Assembly: GCA_963666285.1 (NCBI GenBank)
Contig: OY762711.1
From: Sedimentisphaerales bacterium
GTDB taxonomy: Bacteria > Planctomycetota > Phycisphaerae > Sedimentisphaerales > SM23-30
Length of the DNA: 64,000 nucleotides
Direction: 5' to 3' (one strand)
This document shows, one piece after another, positions 41,414 to 49,128 of this stretch. Under the pieces are notes generated by a model. That model made no database searches and was not told the DNA's origin. It saw only the letters and a list, made by a program, of their open reading frames with translations. The position numbers were made by a program, and so were the translations under genes. Positions within the stretch are counted from its first letter, which is position 1, and each line of letters begins with the position of its first letter.

Positions 41414-42271
41414 ATGAAGAAAAAAGGTTTTACATTGATTGAATTGTTGGTGGTAATTTCTATTATCGCTCTGTTGGTTAGTATTCTGATGCCGGCACTT
41501 AATAAGGCCAGGGAGCAGGCCCGCAAAACTGTTTGTGCCAATAATCTGCGGTCTAATGTTTTGGCGCTTAGAATTTATTCAGGACAAAATAACGATAAAT
41601 TACCTGCTGGTACTAATGTTAATTGGCCGTGGGATATCAGCTACTGGACAACTGATATTATTCTAAAAAATGGTTCGGATCCGGAAGTATTCTATTGCCC
41701 GGCCAATAAAAACATGAGTGAGGAAAATGATTATAACTGGAGATATAGTGAAGCCTACAGTTATGGTGATATGAACTTGACCATTGCTGAGCCAACTAAT
41801 ATTACTCAGCGTAAAGATCGATATCGCGTAACCAGCTATTTCTGGATTATCGACAATGCCGCTGAAACAAGAAACACAGATCAGCCTTTGGACGATCCGG
41901 ACAATAATAATGTATATGTCTTCCCTAGACGTAAATGGGTATCCAATCTTGGAAAGGTTAAAACTCCGGTTGAAACAGAATTAGTTACTGACTGTTGTAT
42001 GCGTGCCGGGGCCTATACTCTTGGAAATTATACTAGTATACAGGGCGGTATTTACGAAAAATGGCAGATATTCGATACCTCAAACCATGTCAAGAGTGAT
42101 GGTGATCTGGTTGGTGGAAATGCCGGTTTTGTTGACGGCCATGTTGAATGGAGAGATAAAGAAGGCTTGACTGATATTACTCTTCCAAAAACAGAACCTG
42201 TAGACAAAAGATTGCGCGCTCGTTTCAGAAGTGGTACCTATGATGGCCAAATTCTGGATTTCTTCTGGTAA
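41414..42271 (+). CDS. Prepilin-type N-terminal cleavage/methylation protein with H-X9-DG motif (DUF1559-like)
   Basis: [41 protein letters not shown]-terminal NH...[22 protein letters not shown] before ATG 41414 (ORF track starts at GTG 41405). Confidence 0.93.
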   Translation: MKKKGFTLIELLVVISIIALLVSILMPALNKAREQARKTVCANNLRSNVLALRIYSGQNNDKLPAGTNVNWPWDISYWTTDIILKNGSDPEVFYCPANKNMSEENDYNWRYSEAYSYGDMNLTIAEPTNITQRKDRYRVTSYFWIIDNAAETRNTDQPLDDPDNNNVYVFPRRKWVSNLGKVKTPVETELVTDCCMRAGAYTLGNYTSIQGGIYEKWQIFDTSNHVKSDGDLVGGNAGFVDGHVEWRDKEGLTDITLPKTEPVDKRLRARFRSGTYDGQILDFFW

Positions 42272-42289
42272 TATTTGTAGTTAATGTTG

Positions 42290-42335
42290 GCTGCAGGAAA
42301 TATAATTTTGTTTTATGTTTCCTGTAGCTTTTTTT
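42290..42335 (+). terminator. Intrinsic terminator-like hairpin after the DUF1559 gene
   Basis: GCTGCAGGAAATATAA-loop-TTATGTTTCCTGTAGC followed by T7. Confidence 0.7.
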
Positions 42336-42415
42336 ATATTTTTCCGATACGATACGACTTTTCATTTTTTAATTCTTTATGTAAATGTGTTTTTGTAGTT
42401 GTAGATAGGAATTTT

Positions 42416-44374
42416 ATGAATAACTTCAGGTATTTTTTTATTGCAGTGTTATCTGTGATTTGCTCTGTATGTCTAAGTAACGCTCTGGCAAAGTCTTTCA
42501 ATGTCGCCTCTCCTGATGGCGACCTTGTTGTGTCTGTCTTTCTCTCTGAGCAGGGCGTGCCCATGTATAATGTCAAATGTCAGGGGATGGATGTTGTCAA
42601 ACCGTCACCACTTGGCCTTGTTTATGATGATATCTCGCTGAACAGTTCTCTTGAGATGGTTAGTGTTTCACAGTCTGAAAAGGTTTCCGATAACTATCAG
42701 ATGATCGCCGGTAAGAGAAAAGACTGCCACTATTCTGCTAATAAAAGAACGGTTTCCTTCCGGAACTCGTCTAACAACCAGTTGGATATTGTATTTCAGG
42801 TTTCTGATGATGCCGTTGCTTTTCGCTATGCCATTCCTGGTGCTATCGGCAAACGAGTATCTGTTAATAAAGAAAACACCTCTTTTGCTTTTCCATCTGA
42901 TGCTATCGCCTGGCTTCATCCTATGTCTGTTGCCAAATCCGGTTGGTGTAAAACTCAGCCTTCTTACGAAGAGCACTATTCAATCGCTCAGCCGGTCGGC
43001 AAGCCGTCTCCCATGAATCAAGGCTGGTGTTTTCCTGCTTTATTTAAAACTCACGACAATATCTGGGCTTTGATCTGTGAAACGAATGTTAGTGGCGATT
43101 ATACCGGCACACGCCTTGCCCATGATTCTACTGATGGTATTTATAAAATAGACTTTTCCCAGCCTCAGGAACACAGGGGAGAAATTGATCCGATTGCTCC
43201 CAGTGTGAAACTGCCTTTCGTTTCTCCTTGGCGCGTTATTATTATCGGCAGCAAACTTGATGCTGTTGTTCAGTCAACTGTTATGACCGATCTGGCTGAA
43301 CCTTCCAGGGTTGCAAATATTGATTTCGTTATACCCGGCAAAGCCGCCTGGCATTGGATTCGTTATGGCGACGATAGTGCCACTCTGCCATTTGCCGATT
43401 CCTATCTTGATTTTGCTGAAAAAATGAAATGGCAATATATTCTTATCGATAGTAATTGGGACCAATTCATCGGTTATGAAAAGATCGCCGAGTTTGTCAA
43501 AAAAGCAAACTCCGGGAATGTAGACGTTATTCTTTGGTACAATTCAAACGGTCCGTGGAATGATGCTCCTATGACCCCTAAAAATAAAATGCACGAACGT
43601 GATGTTAGACGCAAGGAATTTGCATTACTCGAGGAAATGGGTGTCAAAGGTGTAAAGGTCGACTTTTTCGGCGGCGATAAACAGGCAACCATGCAGCTTT
43701 ATTATGATATCCTGACTGATGCGGCTGACTTTGGCATTATGGTAAACTTCCACGGCACCACCATACCGCGGGGCTGGCAGCGCACTTTCCCAAACCTGGT
43801 GACTATGGAAGCTGTCAAGGGTATGGAATACTGCACCTTTGAACAGAAAAACGCCGACCTCCAGCCGCAGCATTGCACGATCCTGCCTTTCACCAGGAAT
43901 GTTATTGGTTCCATGGACTTTACCCCGATGGCATTCAATCCTGGAATCAGGGCGGTCAATCTAAAAACTACTTTAGCTTTTGAACTGGCTTTATCTGTTG
44001 TTTTTGAATCTGCTGTTCAGCATTTTACCCTTTCCCCTGATGAATATCAGCTTATGCCGGACTATGTTGTCAGATACCTTCAGGATGTCCCTACCACATG
44101 GGATCAGACAGTGCTTGTCGATGGCTACCCTGGCCAGTTCGCTGTTTTCGCTCGACGAAAAGCTGACAAATGGTACGTGGCAGGAATTAACGGCACAAAT
44201 ATTGCCAAAACTCTTACTCTTGATCTATCATTTATTCCTGCTCAGACCGGTGCTGTTCTTATTACCGATGGAGCAGATAGAACATTTAATAAAACCGAAC
44301 TTAAAGCCGGAACTTTCAGCAAACTGGATATTGAGCTTAAACCTAACGGTGGCTTTGCGTTTGTGACAAAATAG
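42416..44374 (+). CDS. GH97 glycosidase, retaining type (alpha-galactosidase/beta-L-arabinopyranosidase-like)
   Basis: VASPDG, PSYEEHY, SPWRVII, PGKAAW, GVKGVKVDFF, NFHG...PRGWQRTFPN, EAVKGME, PFTRNVIGSMDFTP. Likely start ATG 42416, since the ORF-track 5' extension runs through a terminator. Confidence 0.92.
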   Translation: MNNFRYFFIAVLSVICSVCLSNALAKSFNVASPDGDLVVSVFLSEQGVPMYNVKCQGMDVVKPSPLGLVYDDISLNSSLEMVSVSQSEKVSDNYQMIAGKRKDCHYSANKRTVSFRNSSNNQLDIVFQVSDDAVAFRYAIPGAIGKRVSVNKENTSFAFPSDAIAWLHPMSVAKSGWCKTQPSYEEHYSIAQPVGKPSPMNQGWCFPALFKTHDNIWALICETNVSGDYTGTRLAHDSTDGIYKIDFSQPQEHRGEIDPIAPSVKLPFVSPWRVIIIGSKLDAVVQSTVMTDLAEPSRVANIDFVIPGKAAWHWIRYGDDSATLPFADSYLDFAEKMKWQYILIDSNWDQFIGYEKIAEFVKKANSGNVDVILWYNSNGPWNDAPMTPKNKMHERDVRRKEFALLEEMGVKGVKVDFFGGDKQATMQLYYDILTDAADFGIMVNFHGTTIPRGWQRTFPNLVTMEAVKGMEYCTFEQKNADLQPQHCTILPFTRNVIGSMDFTPMAFNPGIRAVNLKTTLAFELALSVVFESAVQHFTLSPDEYQLMPDYVVRYLQDVPTTWDQTVLVDGYPGQFAVFARRKADKWYVAGINGTNIAKTLTLDLSFIPAQTGAVLITDGADRTFNKTELKAGTFSKLDIELKPNGGFAFVTK

Positions 44375-44408
44375 TATATTACCCCAAACTTACTTGCGAG
44401 TATTACTA

Positions 44409-45380
44409 ATGAATAGATATTCTTTAAAATTCAGGCGTCTTGTTATTGCGATTCCGGCATTTGTCTTTCTTATCGCGGTTACCGCATCATTCGCAGAGAA
44501 TCCTATCATTACCGACAAATTCACTGCCGATCCTGCTGCACTGGTTTATAACGATACCGTCTATCTTTATGTCGGCCACGACACCTGTCCGGACCGAGAA
44601 AATCGTTACGTTATGCCCGAATGGCTCTGCTATTCTTCGACCGACATGGTCAACTGGACCGAACACCCCGTTCCGCTCAGGCCCAAAGATTTCAAATGGG
44701 CCAGGGGTGATGCTTGGGCTGCTCAGGTTATCCATAAAGATGGCAAGTTCTATTGGTACGTTACCGTATCCCACGCAACGATCCACGGCAAAGCTATCGG
44801 AGTTGCTGTTTCCGACAGTCCTACCGGTCCTTTCAAGGATGCCAGGGGCTCGGCTATCATTACCAACGATATGACCACAGACACAAAAATATCATGGGAC
44901 GATATCGACCCGACTGTCTATATCGATGATGATGGTCAGGCATATTTATTCTGGGGCAATACCAAATGTCGATGGATAAAGCTCAAGGACAACATGATCG
45001 AGCAGGATGGTCCTATCCATACTATCGATACCCTGCCAAACTTTACTGAAGCGCCTTGGATCCACAAAAGGGGGGAATGGTACTACCTTTCATATGCCTA
45101 TCAGTTCCCCGAAAAAACCGCTTATGCCATGAGTAAAAGTATTACCGGCCCCTGGGAATATAAGGGCATTCTTAACGAGGTTGCCGGCAATAGCAACACC
45201 AACCACCAGTCTATTATCAATTTCAAGGGTAAGGACTACTTCATTTACCACAATGGTAGTATTGTCACCAACGGTGCTAGTTTCAGACGCTCGGTTTGTA
45301 TCGACTACCTTTATTACAATCCGGACGGCACTATCAAACGCATCATTATGACCTCGGAAGGTGTCAACCCTGCCGAATAG
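44409..45380 (+). CDS. GH43 xylosidase/arabinofuranosidase
   Basis: NPIITDKFTADPAA, AWAAQV, IGVAVSDSPTGPF, DIDPTV, FTEAPW, TNHQSI, YHNG. ATG 44409 (ORF track starts at 44394). Confidence 0.92.
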   Translation: MNRYSLKFRRLVIAIPAFVFLIAVTASFAENPIITDKFTADPAALVYNDTVYLYVGHDTCPDRENRYVMPEWLCYSSTDMVNWTEHPVPLRPKDFKWARGDAWAAQVIHKDGKFYWYVTVSHATIHGKAIGVAVSDSPTGPFKDARGSAIITNDMTTDTKISWDDIDPTVYIDDDGQAYLFWGNTKCRWIKLKDNMIEQDGPIHTIDTLPNFTEAPWIHKRGEWYYLSYAYQFPEKTAYAMSKSITGPWEYKGILNEVAGNSNTNHQSIINFKGKDYFIYHNGSIVTNGASFRRSVCIDYLYYNPDGTIKRIIMTSEGVNPAE

Positions 45381-45408
45381 AAAAAACACTTTTTCCCTCC
45401 TTTGATAT

Positions 45409-45437
45409 AACCGTCAGTGCTGACTGACGGTTTTTTT
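45409..45437 (+). terminator. Intrinsic terminator ending the side-chain enzyme operon
   Basis: AACCGTCAGT-gctg-ACTGACGGTT followed by a T-run. Confidence 0.85.
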
Positions 45438-45743
45438 CTTTCCATAGCACCGTTGATTATGGTAATATATTAAATATGTACAGTATTTCTGTATTTTGTG
45501 GATTTATTATTTAGCTTGTGTTGTATGTTTAGTAGAGTCTGAATTATTACCCTCTCTATTTCCATTCACCACAGTAGCTTAACGTATGATAATACGGTAC
45601 TATATTGTTGTGGGATTTACCGTAAAGTATTGTTTTTTAATTGGTTACAAAAAATAAATAAGATTTATTGCGTTAGCTTTTAAAATACGGTCCGCCTGTG
45701 GCGGACACATTAGCTTATTTCTTTCTTATTAAAGGAGTGTCAC

Positions 45744-47765
45744 ATGAGTGCTAAATTGAAGTTGTCTCTGGTCGTTATTTGTTTGTTTTCTAACCTTATT
45801 TTCGCCGCCGGAGGCGTTCTCCCCGGCACTGGCACCGCCGCCGATCCCTACCTCATCGAAGATTTCGAAGATTTCGATACTTTTGCTGGTAACACTGATT
45901 ATTGGGCTGAAGGTGTTCATATTAAACTTATGACTGATGTTGACCTTTCCTCTAATTTGCCTGGGAGAGTTATTTATGAAAATGCTCCAATAGCTGGTGA
46001 TACGGACAATGATTCTAGTTTTGACGGAACCGCTTATTTCGGCTTTTTTGATGGAAATGGACATACTATTAGTAAACTCACGATTTATAGAGATTTGTTT
46101 GAAGAATTGCCACACTATAGTGGTTTGTTTGGTTATATTGGCTTAGAAGGTAGTGTATCAAACCTGAATTTGGAAAACTTTGTTGTTGAAGGTCAATCCC
46201 CGTCAGGTGGATTATGCGGAGCTAATTATGGCAACATATCTGCATGCGATCTTAGTGGTTCAGTATCCGGTCCATTGCCTTATTACACAGGAGAGCGTAT
46301 AGGCGGACTGTGCGGGATTAACTATGGTACTATAGATTTTTGTAAGGTATCTGCATCAGTAAGCGGAACTGATACTTCTCTTATAGGTGGATTTTGCGCG
46401 TCAAATAGAGGCAGTATAAATTCATGTTGCTTTACTGGTTTGGTAAGCGGTGAATATAGTGTTGGCGGTTTTTGTGCAGGTAATATTGGCAATATAACAG
46501 CATGTTATGCTAATGGAACGGTAACAGGTGACTTTACTGGTGTAGGCGGTTTTTGCGTAGCTAATAGTGGTAATATAACAGCATGTTATGCTACCGGGTC
46601 GGTTGATGGGTTTGAAGGAGTATGTGGGTTTTGCTCCAATAACAGTGGGAGAATAACTGCATGCTATGCTAATGGAACGGTAACAGGTGAGTTTGATCTA
46701 TATGGCCTATGTAGTGAAGGAACAAGTGGTGTTACATCAAGTTTTTATAATACAGAAACCAGTGGAATTCCTGACCCTGAAGCAGGAGCAGCTGACACCA
46801 ATGGAATGGTTGGGATATCTACAGCCGAAATGCAGGATATCAACACATTCCTAAACGCTGGCTGGGATTTCACCGGCGAAACTGCCAACGGCACAGAAGA
46901 TATCTGGTTTATGAATGGATATCCGGAATTATGTTGGAGTAATGTTGATGTATTTGATCTGACAGAGTTGAGTGACTTAACTACTACCTGGCTGGCCAAT
47001 AGCTGTAATTATGGTACTGAATGCTATTATTTTGATTATAATAACGATTCAATGATTGATATTGCCGATTTTGCATATTTAGCCGCAAACTGGCTTGAGC
47101 CAATAACAATAAAAGAACCTCCAAAACTTATTGCCCACTGGCAGCTGGATGAAGTAGGTGGAACAGTGGCGGTAGATTCAAGCATTTATGGCAATGATGG
47201 AACACTTTTTGGAGATCCGAGCTGGACTGCCGGTATCAGTGGTAATTGCCTGCAATTTGATGGTGAAAATGATTTTGTCGAAGTATCTGACTCTGGAATA
47301 TTTGACTTTTCTGATCAAATTACAATTTCTTTATGGGCTAAGTTAAATGATGTTAACAGTAGTTGTTCAAAAATTATTGTCAAGCCCAGTGACACTTCAG
47401 GGGCTGACCCTTGGGAGGTATTTGCTATAGACCTTGGCTCTAGTGGAGTTACCCCTCGCTTTATTCTTTCAGAGGGTAATGCCGGAAGTTGGAACGGAGC
47501 ATATGGCACCGACCTTCAACTAAATATTGATCAATGGTACCATATCGCAGGAACTTATGATGGTTCTGTGATGAAACTGTATTTGGATGGTGTTCTTGTT
47601 GCAACCAACTCGACCAGTATAAGCATTGGTACCAGCGATATATCTTTAAGAATAGGAAAATATATCGATGGACATTTCTTCGACGGTGCAATCGATGAAG
47701 TAAAAATCTTTAATTCTGCCTTATCTGCCTCTGGCATTGCCGATCTTGCAGTTGTACCTGAATAA
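45744..47765 (+). CDS. Secreted GLUG-repeat protein with a dockerin-like domain and C-terminal LamG
   Basis: AAAGGAG RBS; GTGTAADPYLI; FDGNGHTISKL; repeated GGLCGxNxGxI/ACYAxGxVxG units; FLNAGWDF; DYNNDSMIDIADFAYLAANWL; LIAHWQLDE...GAIDEVKIF. Confidence 0.85.
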   Translation: MSAKLKLSLVVICLFSNLIFAAGGVLPGTGTAADPYLIEDFEDFDTFAGNTDYWAEGVHIKLMTDVDLSSNLPGRVIYENAPIAGDTDNDSSFDGTAYFGFFDGNGHTISKLTIYRDLFEELPHYSGLFGYIGLEGSVSNLNLENFVVEGQSPSGGLCGANYGNISACDLSGSVSGPLPYYTGERIGGLCGINYGTIDFCKVSASVSGTDTSLIGGFCASNRGSINSCCFTGLVSGEYSVGGFCAGNIGNITACYANGTVTGDFTGVGGFCVANSGNITACYATGSVDGFEGVCGFCSNNSGRITACYANGTVTGEFDLYGLCSEGTSGVTSSFYNTETSGIPDPEAGAADTNGMVGISTAEMQDINTFLNAGWDFTGETANGTEDIWFMNGYPELCWSNVDVFDLTELSDLTTTWLANSCNYGTECYYFDYNNDSMIDIADFAYLAANWLEPITIKEPPKLIAHWQLDEVGGTVAVDSSIYGNDGTLFGDPSWTAGISGNCLQFDGENDFVEVSDSGIFDFSDQITISLWAKLNDVNSSCSKIIVKPSDTSGADPWEVFAIDLGSSGVTPRFILSEGNAGSWNGAYGTDLQLNIDQWYHIAGTYDGSVMKLYLDGVLVATNSTSISIGTSDISLRIGKYIDGHFFDGAIDEVKIFNSALSASGIADLAVVPE

Positions 47766-47797
47766 ATTAAGTATTTTATGAACACATTTTACATACC

Positions 47798-47834
47798 AAA
47801 GCCGCATCGGAAATACCTCCCTTGTGGCTTTTTT
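47798..47834 (+). terminator. Probable intrinsic terminator after the GLUG gene
   Basis: AAAGCCGCA...TGTGGCTTT followed by T-rich sequence. Confidence 0.55.
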
Positions 47835-47909
47835 CATAGTTTTTTTTACAGCCGTTATAACATGACTGTATTAGTCAATATTTACCGTTTTACTATTCTC
47901 TGCTCAAAT

Positions 47910-48630
47910 TCCTTTGCGATCTTTGCGGACTTTGCCAGAGTCAATTTATTTCAAAATCGCTTCAACTTCAACATTCCTGTTTCCAACCAAACCAACATCA
48001 CCACGAGCAGGTAGCTTAGCCTTTCCCGTTGAAAATCCTGAGTTCGTCGAAGCAGCTGAGCATAGCGAAATCCCGATGTACATCGGGATTATAATTTCCA
48101 GCAGCTTGGCTGCCTGCTGTTCGCTCGTAGCTCGCAGCTGTTTGCTGATTTTCGGTAGCCCCCCGGTTTCAACCGGGGGAATAAACTAGTCTCCCCATTA
48201 TTTTTAAAGCATCCTCGCCGCCAGGCGATACCTTCACATCATTGGAATATTCCAATGATGTGCCAGAGTGCGAAGCACGTATTTTCTCTTCACTGACCGC
48301 TGGCCGCTGATAGCTCGCTGCTGCTCATCTGTTCTAATCTCTAACGACCTTTGGTCGTTCGGCGTCAGCTTTTAAACAAGCCGTGAGCGACAGCGAATTA
48401 TTCCTGATGTCAACGTACATCAGGACACCTTAATTTTTCACTTTTAATTATTCATTTTTCATTTAGCGTAGCTCGCCGCTCCGCGACATCTGGTCCGCCC
48501 AATGCCAAAATCACCCGATTTTACCAAATTTCAGCCCAATCCGCTGCCCGCCGCGCTCCTCCGTTCGCCGCCGTTCTCGTTCATCGCCCGCCGTAAGGCC
48601 TCAATTCATCGCCGTTCGCCGCCGTAAGAG
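47910..48630. repeat. Non-coding mosaic of palindromes (REP-like) and 7-9 bp tandem repeats
   Basis: Perfect palindromes at 48069-48090 and 48235-48262; hairpins at 48160-48179, 48343-48359 and 48402-48425; 9-mer repeats at 47912-47938; heptamer runs at 48293-48313 and 48428-48462. Confidence 0.75.
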
Positions 48631-48730
48631 GAGCCAATCTGGTTGCATTTTGGTATTTTTTTTTAATTTCTTGCATATATTTTTTAATTATTTTTGTTCG
48701 TTACAATCCCTCTAAACATACCTTTTTTTC

Positions 48731-48759
48731 TTGACTGAGAAGGACTTAAGTAATATTAT
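48731..48759 (+). promoter_or_regulatory. Sigma70-type promoter, probably for the 3194-aa gene
   Basis: TTGACT-N17-TATTAT, preceded by an AT-rich tract. Confidence 0.6.
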
Positions 48760-49128
48760 GTACTTCATCAATATGCCTGATTGTAGTTGAGGTAGGCCCA
48801 CCAAAATCAGCATACCTGATAACTTAACGTAACTTTGTGCTGGATAATAACTTATAATTATCCGGTCCCGCCTTCCCAGGCCCCAGAAACCAGCATTAGC
48901 TGAAACTTTCCGGCACAAGCTGTACCCTGCAGGGACGCAGATTTACAATTATACTAACGGACTTAAATACAGCCATATCGGAGATTTACGGCTGTTTTAA
49001 CTGACAATTTTACCTGTTCTCGCCGAATTATGTCTTATTACATATTTTTACTCGGAGCAGGCGATTGTTTTAAACCTGACAATGGAATGTCTATAAAATA
49101 GAATTTTTATAAGCCCAGGAGATACAAT

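Noticed and set aside
42284..42415. 45-aa N-terminal extension of GH97
   Set aside because: Overlaps a terminator hairpin; the signal peptide begins at ATG 42416.
45744..47765. Diversity-generating retroelement target
   Set aside because: No reverse transcriptase and no template/variable repeat pair with adenine-specific differences in the window.
47778..48189. Short ORFs of 78 and 91 aa
   Set aside because: They translate terminator, palindrome and repeat DNA; no RBS or protein-like features.
48338..48365. Integron attC site (CTCTAAC...GTTCGGC)
   Set aside because: Only ~25 bp, far below attC length; no integrase or cassette ORF.
48030..48490. CRISPR array
   Set aside because: No identical direct repeats with unique spacers, and no cas genes in the window.
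48900..48960. c-di-GMP-I riboswitch (GGGACGCA resemblance)
   Set aside because: Lacks the GCAAAC...GAAA tetraloop arm and the downstream receptor stem.
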